A DNA stretch of 63,515 nt, filler included, from Sphacelaria rigidula (Eukaryota), in NCBI GenBank assembly GCA_964200075.2. It is 8 parts of 8 records of this genome, joined end to end, with 100 filler letters (N's around TTAATTAATTAA, not from the genome) between each part and the next. Parts side by side here need not be neighbours in the genome. Positions count along the whole stretch, not along the records: positions 47,713 to 55,564 come from CAXNAA020013229.1; positions 55,665 to 63,515 come from CAXNAA020013230.1; 6 more parts are not named here. One strand, 5' to 3'. This document shows positions 50,559-63,515 of this stretch, piece after piece. The notes beneath the pieces are model-generated. The model had not been told where the DNA came from, made no database searches, and saw nothing but the letters and a program-made list of their open reading frames with translations. Each line of letters opens with the position of its first letter. The first letter of the stretch is position 1. The position numbers were made by a program, and so were the translations under genes.

Positions 50559-50939
50559 CGAAATAACACGAAAAAATGAGTTCGGGCCGCGCTTTCAACT
50601 GGACGTCACAAACATCAGATGTTTTGCGAAAACGCGTTGGGCACATGAAGAAATGGTAGTGCTTAGCATCAAAGCATACTGCATAGTACTTCTTGTTAAC
50701 CGCTAAACCGTATTCAGAGACTGTGCCTTAATAAGAAAGCCTGGCATCACAAAACTGGCGCATCCGCTGTAGAGATATTCTATACACATAAATAGAGGTG
50801 CACTTACGGTGCAATAGCGCACTGAACGGGAAACCCTAGCCAAAGAGCATGCAATTATTCACCAGTACCAAACGAACAAATTCACTTATAGAGCAACGTG
50901 AATCGGGTAGTAGCCGCGTACTGTAGCGCCCAGACTCAC

Positions 50940-51167
50940 GATGTGGTATTCGTCGGAGAAGTCGTACTCGGTCAAGGTCTCTCCCTTTTTGTTCTTGTAG
51001 CTGTAGAGGTCGCGCCATGCCATCATAATTTGTTGCAGGAGGTGCGGCGACGGGGAAACGGAAGGATGCGGCAGCGATATGTATCACTACATGATGATAT
51101 GAATAATGATAACAATACTTGTTAATAAATGGTAACGATGGTAATGGTGATGATGATGATGGTGATG

Positions 51168-51211
<44 letters not shown>

Positions 51212-52942
51212 GATAATGATGATAATGATAATGATAGTGAAAAGGATAATGATGATCATGATCATGATCATGATCATGATCATGAACAAAGTGAGACAAC
51301 CATCACAGCTGCCATCCGTATCTCAATGGACCTGTCACGAAGTTCCACCACTTGACATCGCAAATAGGGGACCCCCCTGCCGCCGCCACGATACCAGCAT
51401 TCGCTTGGTTATGTGCGGGAAACTTGAATGCTCGGAGCGCACAAGACACTGCCTTGGATACAGCTCCTCACTATTGCCAGCCTCAGATTGTGAACCATTC
51501 CTAGTCTACCACGCAGGGACAGTGCTACACTTGACTGGACTGCCGTTCCGTTCGAGGTCATGGCGTCTTCCACGACGGTTGTGGATGGAATGTTGCAAAC
51601 TTGTTGTCATGCGACTTTTGTTTATTGGAAGAACTACTTTCGACTAAATATGAATTATGAATGGAAGAAAAACGAAATAAAGGGAATTACTTCAAGATCT
51701 CGGGGCTTTTCACACCGCCGACGCTACAAGCGTCTTTTTTCACGTATCCATCTTCACCTAAACTTTCGATGGTACCGCCAACTCGGACCCCATTGCAGTG
51801 GTGCCGTACCGCCAACATGCACTACATCAGGACCTCGCCTTGAATTACTTTTTTTGTCACACTTTCAACCCCGTTTCTTCCTCGGGCGAGTCTGTGGTCT
51901 CAAGGGATCAACCCATCTATCCCCGGTACACGCCTTGAATTTGTGTCACGGATTGGATCAGCACTCCCGCACCGCATCATCTCTCGTCAAACAAAGTCAT
52001 CATTTTTCGCTACCCACGTCTTCATGCTTTCAACGACGAATATCAGATAATTTCACGAAAAAAAAGAAGGCATCTGACAGGAATGGCACCCGCGCTCTTT
52101 CCACTGCGATGTCAGTTTTGCCCCATAAGACCACCGAGGCGCATAGGCGTGCGCTCATTTGCACTATATCGGGATGTTGGCTACAACTCGATATTTTTCT
52201 CGTCGAGCGTAACTGCACGGCATGTTGTACCCAATTTGAATTTACGAACAAAAGTGACGCTTCCTCCTCGAAGCACACGAAACAAACACAGTACAGAAGA
52301 TGGCCATCACTCCAAAGTACGGGAGCACGGATGGCATATGATTCTTGCGGGTGCGCCGGTGTTGTAGTCATCATGATTAGGCTTTACAACAGTTGACTTT
52401 GACCGATCGATCGATGGATTGGCGAACATCAAGTGATCTCCAAGGGATCCAGCCGAAGCCACAACATAGACGAACCCGAGGTGAACACAACGGAAAACTC
52501 TCGCATCATTCGAGGAGAACCCGAAAACTCGACAAAATGTGGAAGATAACGAAAGAAAGACGGAACAGAGTTTACTGAACGAAAACGAGAAACATGGAGG
52601 GAACAAGAAAACATGGGAAAACCATTGGGAAAAATAAGAACAAAAACAAAAAGTGCAGGGGTGGTGTCCGAATACTAGAGTGTGGCGACTGACTGATGCA
52701 AGGTATGCTCCTGAGGCTGAACACCACCATGCCGTATGCATAGATACACTTGCCACGCACGTATTCATCGTCGTCCATCATCCATCATCGTCATCACCAC
52801 CCACCTGAACTCGAGCCCTCTCCGAGAAAAGGTCTCTAGATCGTCCTTGAAGCGAGAAGTGCCTCGCAGACCTTCCTCGTCCTTCGCGTCATCTTCGCCC
52901 TTGATGAACACGTCGTACACCACATGGTTCAACATTCCGTAT
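50940..52942 (-). CDS. Two internal exons of an unidentified gene: 52805-52942 and 50940-51000
   Basis: AG/GT boundaries with matching phase 2; spliced YGMLNHVVYDVFIKGEDDAKDEEGLRGTSRFKDDLETFSRRGLEF-S-YKNKKGETLTEYDFSDEYHI. Confidence 0.65.
51090..51285. repeat. Compound (GAT)n/(CAT)n/(CATGAT)n microsatellite
   Basis: Direct reading; intronic. Confidence 0.92.
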
Positions 52943-52999
52943 CTTTGTTTCCGGATTTTGCGAGAAAGCGAACAAACATTTACACAGAGATCCAGGCGA

Positions 53000-53041
<42 letters not shown>

Positions 53042-55299
53042 AAGAGAGAGAGAGAAGCATGCACACAGACAAAAGAAAGATAACCAGAGAGACGGGTGGA
53101 CAGACGGGGTGGAAGAGGACGGGGGGGCAAAGGAAATCAACAGAGAAAGTCATTAGCTCAGGCACGCAACATGCAATCATTAGACAGGTGAACGCACTAC
53201 AGTGATTGTCCCCCGTGACTGAGCGCAGAAACTTGTACTTGTCCCAAAGCACCGATTGCAGAAACTCCCACGCACAAACACACGTACCGAGGGAGACGCG
53301 TGAATCTCTCGAGACGACGAACTAGTCCCGAGAAGGGTGAAGGTTAAATGAAAGCATCACAAAACAAAGGATTATGACACACGCGCGCGGTTGCATACAC
53401 ATACGAACACACAATCACGCACGCACACACAGGTGCGCGTTCTTTCGCGCGTTTTGAACAGTATTGGAAAGACACAATTACCACCTCATTGGAAAATTAA
53501 GCGAATACAATCCTGTCGATGGTGTGCTGGGTCACGGGAAACCAAGCATCAGTCGATCTTCCTATCGAAACGATGCCCATCATTGAGTGCGCCACCGGAG
53601 GTTGATATGATAAATTGACAGTAGTTTGGGTGGATTCTATCTTCGAATTTCGACCTCCGGGGTTCAAATCACGACCGATAACGGTAGATCCTGCGACCTG
53701 GTCTCCGTCGTCCGAAAGCGTGAGTGTCATGGTATTTGAAAGGACTGACCTCGATGAGGTACAGTAACCTCTTGGGCACACATGACTCCAAAAGCAACAT
53801 TTGGATATGAATCTTCGACTGGGCCATGAGGGACGAGAGTTTCTCGGCAAGATCCAGATTGATATCCCGAATTGTTGACAGCGCTTGATAAAAGATACAT
53901 GTTGCATGGTTGAAATGTCGTGTCGGCATATCGTATGTTTTGTGCGCAACGGACAGTATTACCGGAACGTTCCTTGGACTGGGGTGGACGATACGACAAA
54001 CGAGGTATTTACCGCTACAGATGGGCTACTGGATGCATGGGCCATTAACGTCTCGTTTTTCCTCCACCTAAAGTTGGCTTGTAGTTCTTGTACCATGACT
54101 ATTTGTGGATATAATTCTTGGTGCAGATCGGGTGATTCAACCACATCATGATTCAATCGCTTGGCTACCTCGGCAAAATCAGCTTTGGCCTGCCGTTGCT
54201 CTGAGTTCCAAGTGCGTCCTACTGGCAAGCAGTTGTTGTGGGGAATGTTGGCTTCTAGTTCGTAAATGTATCGTACAAGTGGATGTCCCATTTCTGTAAC
54301 CGCCTTGAATTAAATTGCCCAGCGGCGATTGGATTTAGGTGTACTGTTGTTACACAGCTTTGCCCGCAGCAGATGCACACACGACTCGAGCCTCTGTTCG
54401 TGGAAACACACAGGACGAGGGTGTAGTGTGGCTCCCTCCTCGGAGGGTACTACATTAAATTACATCAGATATGGGGCTTGAGCTGGGATATCCCAGCTCA
54501 AACCCCATAGTGCGATAGTATTGCGTGTAGAGAGAGGATTTTGCCATTGAATGGGGCTCGCAAGTACCTCAAAATAAAAGTCCTGGTCACACACAAAAGC
54601 AGCGGTTTGAGCCATGTTGTGCTCTCTGCGCTTTCTTCAAAACTGGCCTCACAGTGCATGCATGCAGAGCCCAAGTTGATCTCAGGCGGTGGGGAAAAAC
54701 AATTATTTTATGGTAAAATACAAACGAGTAAGCCCTTACCCACATCCAGAGGCTCACCAGTAAGGACTCGGTTGGTCCATAGGAGCAAGAGAGTGATGTC
54801 CAAAGAGCGTTGCTTAGGTCCAAAACCAGAGTGGGGGAGGGTGCTAGCCTAAACCCGAACTCAAAAAGACTCCTCTTACCCAACTGTCATCCACCACACC
54901 TAGAACCAGAAAGGGGATCAGAACACGCCTGGAAATACCCCCAAAACAAGGAACACTATAGTAAAAGCCCGTTATAGCCCATGACTAGTAGATTGGCCCC
55001 TTACGACCTGCCGAGCACTGGTTGATGCTCTGCGGGACGATGAGAACTAAAACATCCAAATCTCAAATGAAACTTGCGTACGGTACACAGACGGAAGCAA
55101 CCATGAGTTGCATACGAAATCCGTGACTACCGGAACATATCTTACGTTCACATCCGTCCGAGAGAACTACTTAGACTCCTCGAGAACCGTTCCTCCAAAT
55201 ACCAAGAAATGAATCCAACATTTGCTAAAAGCCGTGGAATTGGCTGGACGTCAAAATCATAGAGAACGTTCCTAGGATGTGTTGGGTAGGACATGTAAT

Positions 55300-55564
55300 C
55301 TTGAGTACCCGGGTATAACACCCAGGCATTTACTCTACCCAAGTGGATAAATAGGGTTCGACCGCAAATACAGGCTGGTGGTTCACGGTGATCACCAAAA
55401 TTGTGTCATCAGCAAATGCCTTCCGCAATACACACCTAATAGTCGCATATATGGTATCATACTGACCGCAATCAAGAGACGAAGAGGGTGACATAGCCGA
55501 ATTTTTGTTTAAGGCCGTAGCAGTGGCGCTATGGAAAAAAATGTGTCTCAGCCAATCAGCGCCC
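55300..55564 (-). pseudogene. Highly decayed non-LTR reverse transcriptase fragment
   Basis: GLKQ..AMSP-like motif (frameshifted) followed by VLRKAFADDTILV. Confidence 0.5.
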
Positions 55565-56269
55565 NNNNNNNNNNNNNNNNNNNNNNNNNNNNNNNNNNNN
55601 NNNNNNNNTTAATTAATTAANNNNNNNNNNNNNNNNNNNNNNNNNNNNNNNNNNNNNNNNNNNNTTCGGCCCAAGGCCTACTGATTGTCTTGCATTTGGA
55701 TGACAGCTTACAATGAGTTGCTTTATTATCTGGTATCGACACTTCCGGAGACACCCACGGCTTACACACTGCCTCCTGGGTGTCTCACCATGGACCCACT
55801 ACGTAGTATGATCATCCCCATTGTGCGGAATTGAGATCATCCCACGCCGCACAACATGATCTAGCTCGACTACCATCATGGTTACCGGGAAAAAAAACGC
55901 AAGCGCGCCAAAAACCCCCGGTAACCTGGTTGCCTAGCTTACGCAGTGAGTGGCGTGTTTTACAGCGTCATCGCCAACCGACGCCAACCCCATCGGGGGG
56001 GGGGTCCAGAGGATACTAGGGAGGAAACGTCGGAGGGCAAGTCTTAGTCAAATTAAGTATGTTTTGGAGCATATGTGATGCACGAATTGGCACAACGCCC
56101 ATGCATGGGAAGAGAATTTCGTAGTGGAAGGGAAGATTCAACGAATCAGGGACCTATCAGCAAGGAGTCGGTGGAATCTAGCGCCAATGAGATGCCGCCT
56201 TTGTAGTGAAAAATGCTTGTTATTGATCCGCAGACTCGAGTCACACCTGGAGTGTAAGTACGACATACA

Positions 56270-57005
56270 GTGTGGTGAAACAGGACACGACTCCATGTAT
56301 TAGTCCTTCGTCTGATGTTTGTTATCGCGCAAATGATGGGTCGGGGCAGCGCTTTGTTCTTTTGACGAACGACGATACAGCCAGCACACCATCAAATTTT
56401 AAACAGCCAGCGTGTAGACAGCATTGCGTGCGGACTGACATTATATTCTACAGCGACGAACACAACGGCAATGCAGTAGCTCAGGCAATCCCAGTCGAGA
56501 CCAAACCGTTTTCGCCAGGTCTAAACACGCTACAGTACAGTGATGGCTACAGCACATGAGAGGGGGTGTGAGTGTGTTTGTGCTCCAGTACATTCATTTA
56601 CTCGTAGACGAACACCACGGCAATACAGCAGCTCAGGCAATCCCAGCGGAGACCAAACCGTGTTCGCAAGGTCTAAACACGCCACCGTACAGTGACAGCT
56701 ACGGCAGATGAGGGAGGGCGTGAGTGTGTTTGTGCTGCAGCACAGTGAAACAGGACATGTCGTATGTTTTAGTTCTTCACCTGATGTTTGTTATCGCGCA
56801 AATGATGGGACTGGACAGTGCCTTGTTCGTTTTACGGAAGACGTAACAGACAACGTACGAGTACAACGAAAAATACGAGGAGCAGCTGAGGCAATCCTCG
56901 CGGAGACCAAGCCGTCTTGGTGAGGTCCAGACATGCCACACTTTAGTGACAGCTGCAGTACAGTGAAACAGGACATGTCCCAAGTTTTGGTTCTTCGCCT
57001 GATTT
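56270..57005. repeat. Degenerate complex tandem repeat
   Basis: GTGAAACAGGACA block at about 56275, 56745 and 56963; GCT(C/G)AGGCAATCC...GAGACCAA block at about 56479, 56630 and 56885. Confidence 0.75.
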
Positions 57006-58110
57006 GAACGGGTCCTCTTTGTTGGCCGGGTGCCGATCCATGTATGCAGTAAGTAGTATTGGTGGAGTACGGAACACGGGTTTTTCAAATTCAGGGTATC
57101 CAAACAACGTCACCATTTGGTGGCTGCTTCATCTCTCGGCGTGCTCATGCATACTGATTGACGGTGACGGCGTCCTCCTGCATGCAGAACGTATTGAAAA
57201 AAAAGAAAGATCCCGATTGACCATTTTTGTACTGATTGAAGTATGAAAAAGGCTTCACTCTCCATTTGACTGAACGCCGGGGCCGAGAGACATTTCGCGA
57301 TTAATGTATGTGATGTACATCGTTTTTTTTTCGCAGGTACACACGTGCGGCACCCTCGCGTGGGTGACGTGTATCGAGGATATGCGCAACCCTCACAAGC
57401 CCTTCCCCAAAACGGTGAGCTTTGAGGTTTCATGATCACACAAGCGACACGTCGTTCGGTATGTGTTCACTGTGCTTGCCGCCGCGCCCTGATAGTCTAG
57501 CCGGTACAACTAAAACCTGCGAGGTCAGGAGAGTACGGCTTGAAACCCTGTCGGATGCATTTCATTTTCTTTCTAGGTGTCTGAGAAGCATCTGATTTCC
57601 GTAGTCCAAACGTGAGCACGTGAGTAGTGAAGGATGTTTATTTGACGAGAGTCGATGCGGTGCGAGAGTGTTGAGTCATGATCCAATCAGGGATACCAAA
57701 TTTCGAGTCGTGTTCCGGGGCAGAGGTGACTTGATTTCTTGAGATCACACACTCGTCGCCCGGAAAGGGAGAAGAAGTGATCAGTGTGGCGGGAAAAAAA
57801 AAAAAGAAAACGGTGCTTCGAAGAGACTAGGAGTGTTATAACACCGCACTTAGGGGGGGGAGCAGCGAGGGGTGCTGAAATGGCACGTTAAACACGGAAT
57901 GAATCGTGCAACAGAACGCGGCGACTTTTGGAAGCTGAACCTGAAAATCAATCGAGCAATGAAATAGAGGCAAAGAGGAAAACTGCGCCTGTGTGAAACT
58001 CGCGATGCAGGATGAGCTTTTCAAATGAGCGCTTAGACTCGCTGTTGTGAACGCATCCCGCTGGGATCATTCTCCGCAATGCAAAGTACGCGCACACCAA
58101 ACGAAAACAG

Positions 58111-58878
58111 GTTCAACTCGTGACCAACGTTTTCTGCAAGACGAAAGAAGGCTGGAAAATGACAAGGCACCACGCGTCGGACCGAGACGTGCTCAAGCAG
58201 AAGGCCTCAAGCGGAGGAGGCCCGAGTGTGTCGTCTATGCTGGGAGGAGGTAAACAATCTCCGGTAGGCATCGACGGCGATAATGCGTGGTTGTCCCAGC
58301 TGATCGAGGAAAACGCCTCCAACCAGGAACTGGGCGCGAGGGTTTTCCGGGTGACGGAAGGAGGGCTCAGGTACGTATTCGGCGGTGAGGAGTACATGAA
58401 TAAACGGAGCATGTGTAAAGTGTTTCGCGTCCTACGCGACTGATTGTTCCATTGGCTGATGGATCGATTGTCGAATACTTACTGGCCCGCCACGAGTCAT
58501 AATCTAGCCATATGTTGTAACGGGGTATATGTACGCAATTACGGGGAAGAGAGTGAAAACACTCGCGAGGAGAATCTCGGGAAGAGGAGCCAAAACGAAA
58601 AAATTGGAGGAGAAAAATGATCCCAACAAAACGCATATAGACGCCTGGTCAACACCTCGCACCGTTCCCGAGGAAAACTGTTGAAGATAATCCTCGTGTA
58701 CGCCACCCCAGCTACCCCGCCCAACCGTACTTGTCCCAAAAATGCAAATGTACAATGCTACAACAGGGAGGTGGATATCTCTGAGTTGGCCAACGACAGC
58801 GATGACGAGGACTACGGCGATGATGACAGCAATGGCTCGGGTCTGCCGCCTTTCCTGCGTAAGCTGATCATGGAAAAG
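58111..58878 (+). CDS. Partial SnoaL/NTF2-like domain protein gene; exons 58111-58370 and 58767-58878
   Basis: VQLVTNVFCKTKEGWKMTRHHAS matches the TNxF...GW..HHHAS end of SnoaL-like domains; phase-2 splice to R-EVDISELANDSDDEDY...LRKLIMEK. Confidence 0.72.
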
Positions 58879-61279
58879 GCAAGCGATGTTGACCGAGTAC
58901 CGTACCGTCCTCTAATGAACCCTTTTGGCACTGGCGATGGAATATGGATTTCGACGTGCTGTTTACTGAACGGCATACGGTTGAGTTTTTATAGCTTTCA
59001 CGCTAAAACCTGGTAGCGCGAGGCATGTTTTTCAGGCCCATATAAAATCATGTTCCGGTGCAGCGCGGGGTCTCGTGTATAGGAAATGGACAAGTTGTGC
59101 TGACTTTTGTTTGCAAAGGGTTCAGGCACGCAACTGCTGATTTTGGCTGTGTGCACGAACTTGAACACATTTGACCCGTTGCGTCCCCTCATCGGACGAA
59201 CCTATTCCGACCGCACCGGAGTGACATTTTTGGTGCGCGCATGACGTATATGCTGGTGGTTTCTGCTGTGGCCTCCTGCCGTCAAAGCGGTTGCCGTTGG
59301 TCTTTCCTGTTCCATCTTTTCTCCTTTGACAGGGCTTGACATGATGAGGCGTCTGGCCCGGGCACGGAAGGGGAGGGCTCCCGAAGGGTTAAGGGTGTTC
59401 GTTCATGAATTATTGTTGATATTTGCTTCATCCATTATTTGACTGCCACCCCCCTCCCCCAGATGGACCTCCTTTTGAGGGTTAGCGTCGGTTGCCAACG
59501 ACGCTGTGTGATGCGCCATTCACTGCGTAAGCGAGGCAATCAGGTTACCGTTTTCTTTTCATCGCGGTAAGCACCATGACGTCATGGTGGTCGAGCTCCA
59601 TCATATTTTGCGGGGTGGAGAACCCGATCTCTGCGCAAAGGGGGTGATCGTGCTGCGTAGTGTTTGAATTGTGAGATACCCGTTAGGCAGTGTGTAAGCC
59701 GTGGTTGTCTCTGGAAGTGGCGATACCAGAAAATGAAGAAACTGGCTCGACGCGGTCATCGAAATGCACATACAATATAAAAAATTGGTCACTCTCAATC
59801 TCACGAAATCATTGTTTAGACCAAACGCCTTTTTTCATGAAACATGTGGATGTTGGACCTATATACAAAAGATAGTCCCGGAGAACAAAACCCTGACCGG
59901 TTTTGAGCCTGCAGCCAAGTGCATGCAGAATTAGTATGCATTTCTTCGCTTAGCAGTTTTCAGTTTTCGTGGATACATGCTCCTCACGGTTTGCAAGCGG
60001 TGCACGCTGGTGGCCGTCACTGTTGCGCTATATGCGAACAACATGCATCCTGTCCTTCTATCCATGCTTTCTTAGCAGTCCTGGTACTTTCGGGGCAGGG
60101 CTGGTATTTGTCTATACTGTACGTTATTGATGGTTGAGTGGTCATGACCACTTTTGGTCGAATACAGGTACATTGCGAAACGGTCTACCCGTAGGGGAAG
60201 AAATTACCATTTTGTTACTGGTGATTGATCAGAATGGTCACTTCGCTCCTCACGGGCCTGCTTCCTAGTCTGGAATTTTCCGTGGAATTTTTACGAACAC
60301 ACATGGTTGACTTCGTGAGCTCTGCGGTTGTTCTTCGCATAGCCCCCCGCCCCCTGGAAACCCCTGCATGTTCCTCGACTGTTGGCCGGTGGAACTGTTG
60401 TGTCAAAGGACTGAGTTAAGGATTTAATGAAACATGGCTATATGTATATATAATTTTCCACACAAGAGTTGGTTCTAGGGCACTTCTGATGTGTTGAAAT
60501 ATATATAGTTGAAAACTGCTTTTTTGGTCTTTCTGCGGCGTTTCACGCCCTAAAAGAGGGCTAGGCGGATGTCGACACCCTGGAAGGACTTGCTACATTC
60601 GCTGAGACCGTTCGAGGACACCATTGCGTTTTCCGGGTACCGCAGTTTTATAATGGCCAAACTTGAAAAAATTCAGTAAATGGTCGAGTCATTGAAAAGC
60701 TGGCCGGTGCTGCCGTTGTTGTTGTTGTTGCACTTCTTCAATTCATCGCAGGTCAAGCATAAGTGACACGAGTTTACGTACACGGTTTTGCTGTGCTGTA
60801 AAAAAGTATGACCGAGTGTCGGGGTGTTCAGAATGTTCCTGCTGTCTTTTCGTCTGATACGTGGCATGTACAGAAGAAAACAGCGTGCCTTGTGGCCGGG
60901 CGTTGCAGTGCTCGGAGCCTGATGGTACTCGATGATTGATTGAGAGATAAATTGATTGGCTGTCACACAAGAGCTGATACTCTAATGATCTAGTCGTGGT
61001 AATTATCCAAAAGATGGATGCAGCCAAAGTGAACAAAAACGGACAGACTCGCTGTACAATGATGGAAAAGTTGAACGAAAAATAAACTAAATAACGAACG
61101 GGGTAAATGGGAAAAAAAAGAAGGAAAGAAACGAAGAAAAAAGGAGTCGGAACAAGAAAAACAAACAAACAAAATAGAAGGAAAACAAGAGAAATGAGGA
61201 GAAAGGCAAGATAGGAAGGGGGCAAAAAAGTAGAGGGGAGCAAAACGGCCCCAATAAAGAATAGAGAAATGACACTAGA

Positions 61280-61685
61280 AATGGCTGCCCCATCCGAAAG
61301 GAGGCCGCAGAAGGTGGACAGAACTGCCCCTGTGGCGGAATAGAGAGCAGAAGTCATATAATGGCAGAATGTGAATTATGCAAGGAGGAACGGAACGTGC
61401 TGGAGGGGGAAATGCGGGACGCGAACGAAGATAGCATGAACTCGTTTCATGCATTAGACAGTAGGAAGAAAGCGATGGCTAGACTAGGAGATGGGTGGTG
61501 GCCACAGACGGCGAAACAGGACGGGGATAAGATATGTAAAAGGTTTTTGTGTAGTGTATGGAAGAAACTTAATGAGCGCCGAAATGTTGGAGGTGTCTTT
61601 ATTAGGAGTAGGAACGGTGCTCCGTCCCGAAAGGGATGCGTGGTCAATGGTCAAACGACCAAGGCAAGCAACAAACGAGTACGTC
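61280..61685 (+). mobile_element. Non-LTR retrotransposon 3' fragment (family of 40455-41765); another piece at about 31600-31680
   Basis: CPCG..ESRSHIMAECEL...WWPQTAKQDG...GAPSRKGCVVNGQTTKASN. Confidence 0.85.
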
Positions 61686-62229
61686 GCCTCCTCCCCGACC
61701 CCTCATCTTATTTACGTGGTGGTTGATTAGGGGGTCATATTCCAGCAGTCCTTGGTTTTATTTCGATTATGTACGTGGTTCCGCGTGGGTCAGGCTAGTT
61801 GCCGAAAATACGTTGATTCATGTGGATCTTGCCTTGAAAAAACATTATTTATTGGGAAATTCTGGATTTCATGCGCAACTTGAATTTTCGCGAGATGAAT
61901 TGACCACACCAAACCACTTGTTTCGATTGTTGCTAGATGTGTCGACGCGTTCGTGCTGGAACCACACCCGGATTTCAGTGTGCAGCGTTCATGTATACTA
62001 GAGTACGGCACGGTTGTCGTCGTCGTCGTCGTTGTTGTTGTTGTTATGGTTGTTGTGAAAAGGGTAAGGGGGGGCGGGACGAGGGTGAGAGGGTAAAATA
62101 TCAGGCTTCAGCAGGGGGGAGAAATTAAAATTCGAAGCTGGGTCCAAGGAATCTCTGTTTGTTCTTCCCCCCGTCCGTGTCTCCCACCTCAACGACGATC
62201 GTGCATCTCGTTGAATTTCGTTTGCTCAG

Positions 62230-62450
62230 AAATATGACGACCCGATGCCGGGCCTGTTGTACGAGGCAGAGCTCCCGGCCGGGTCCGCGCGCCGACATAA
62301 CTCGACGGAGGAGTCTCGAGACGATCAACTGCAAGCGGGTCAAGGGCCCGTTGCTAGGGATTCATCGCTTGAAGAGGTCGAGGAGGGTGCTAGTGGCGAG
62401 CAGCGGCAGCGGCGGCAGCAGCAGCAGCAGGGTGTAGAAGGCGTCGTCAG
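62230..62450 (+). CDS. Probable internal exon (acidic/Gln-rich), possibly of the SnoaL-like gene
   Basis: TTTGCTCAG| KYDDPMPGLLYEAELP...QQQQQGVEGVV |GTGTGG; the phase 0 start is compatible with the exon ending at 58878. Confidence 0.45.
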
Positions 62451-63515
62451 GTGTGGCGGTAGGAAACGTGTGAAATGTTTTTCTGCTGTTGCCTGACTTT
62501 GCTTACTTTGTTGTGTCAACTACGTGATACCGTGATAGGCTCCCTCCTCCCCTCGCCCCTCTAATGAGCCCCAAAATTGTCATCAAGAAAATAGCCATAC
62601 AGCGCGCGATAGCTGGTTTAAGACTTGATGAAGCCCTCATACACGGGTGACATTGGCGAAAACGATCCCAAGCATGGGATGGGATCGTTCCCAGCTGCTC
62701 GGTGTGCTCGGCGTTCTTGTCATATGTGCTCACGTGTAAGTTTAGTTTCCCCCGCTTCGTTGCCGAGATGACCACTTTGAAATATTGGCACAACAGCACT
62801 CTGCAACAAGAGAGGCATGGCGACAACACGGGCAGCGGCTTCTATCCTCCTGTTGTTGTGACCCTGTGTACAGATGTACAGCAACGTCAGTCACAGGTTT
62901 GTTTGTCGTAGAATGTACTAAAATACTTGAACATTTTTGTATGAGCGTAGTCGTTATTTCGAGGTGACGCGTGTACTTGTGATCGATACTGATTAGCTCG
63001 TGTTGTGTAGGCTTCATTTCTTCCGCATGCATTGGTCGGTGCGCACTTTCCCGAAATACAGTACCGAAAATCGGCCCCCCATTCCGACCTCATAGCTGTA
63101 ACTAGGGCACCCTCCGCACCCACCTCGCCCTCCTAGGGTTCTCGGTATGGCTTGGGTTAGGATTGAGGTTATGGTTAGCATTCGCGTTCCTTTAAAAAGG
63201 TGTCAAAACACGGATAATTTGAAGGCGAACTGGGACGAACTCATCGCTTTTTTTTGTTGCTTGCGTAGATTCGTGTACGATGCGACACGCTTTAATACTG
63301 TGATTTCGTGTGTTGTTCAACAAACGAAAAGTGCGCTGTAGTGGAGATGCCTGTGAGAGCAACATATGCCGCACTGCCCCATACAGCACCATGCGGTGTA
63401 TGTTCGTTGTCTTTTTTCCTATCTGCGCTCCATCCCCCCCCCCCCCCCCCCCCCCCCCTCCTCCTATTCTGATCCTCTCCAGACAATCATGCCCCCCCCC
63501 CCCCCGCCACCCACC

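Noticed and set aside
51087..51647. His/Asp/Ile/Met-rich ORFs
   Set aside because: Translations of a trinucleotide microsatellite.
51560..52396. 278-aa plus-strand ORF
   Set aside because: No motif, atypical composition, and it lies antisense within a predicted intron.
7897..55620. Regularly spaced TTAATTAATTAA as a biological repeat or array
   Set aside because: Always embedded in N runs at a fixed period; it is a synthetic six-frame stop linker.
34700..58878. Link between the MKK3-like kinase and the NTF2/SnoaL exon (plant MKK3 has an NTF2 domain)
   Set aside because: They are on different, unlinked contigs; adjacency is an artefact.

Overview
This is not one locus. It is eight unrelated contigs (seven of exactly 7852 bp, the last 7851 bp) joined by identical 100-nt spacers (N44-TTAATTAATTAA-N44), as expected from a length-sorted, highly fragmented assembly. 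The DNA is eukaryotic, intron-rich and repeat-rich. It is most likely brown algal (inference from an EsV-1-7 repeat gene, TTAGGG-type repeats and the exon/intron style). Contig 1: three nested Ty3/Gypsy LTR elements, including a bounded 1.88-kb non-autonomous element with a GCGC target-site duplication (TSD) inside a chromodomain integrase. Contig 2: four phase-consistent exons of a Pro/Thr/Cys-rich protein, a hAT-like element with an 8-bp TSD and a 185-nt hairpin. Contig 3: a decayed RTE-type LINE and a Gypsy protease remnant. Contig 4: a large Gly-rich exon. Contig 5: a MAP kinase kinase-like gene with an apparent 235-aa insert after subdomain V. Contig 6: an intronless 11-repeat EsV-1-7 gene with two nonsense codons, bracketed by closely related inverted LINE fragments. 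Contig 7: two exons of an unknown gene and a roughly 570-nt foldback. Contig 8: a SnoaL/NTF2-like gene. Many MITEs (Tc1/mariner-, Stowaway-, piggyBac- and hAT-like) are present, some carrying telomeric repeats. I found no CRISPR array, rRNA or intact tRNA, and I cannot establish a clearly new system. The best leads are the EsV-1-7 cassette, the kinase insert and the nested LTR elements.
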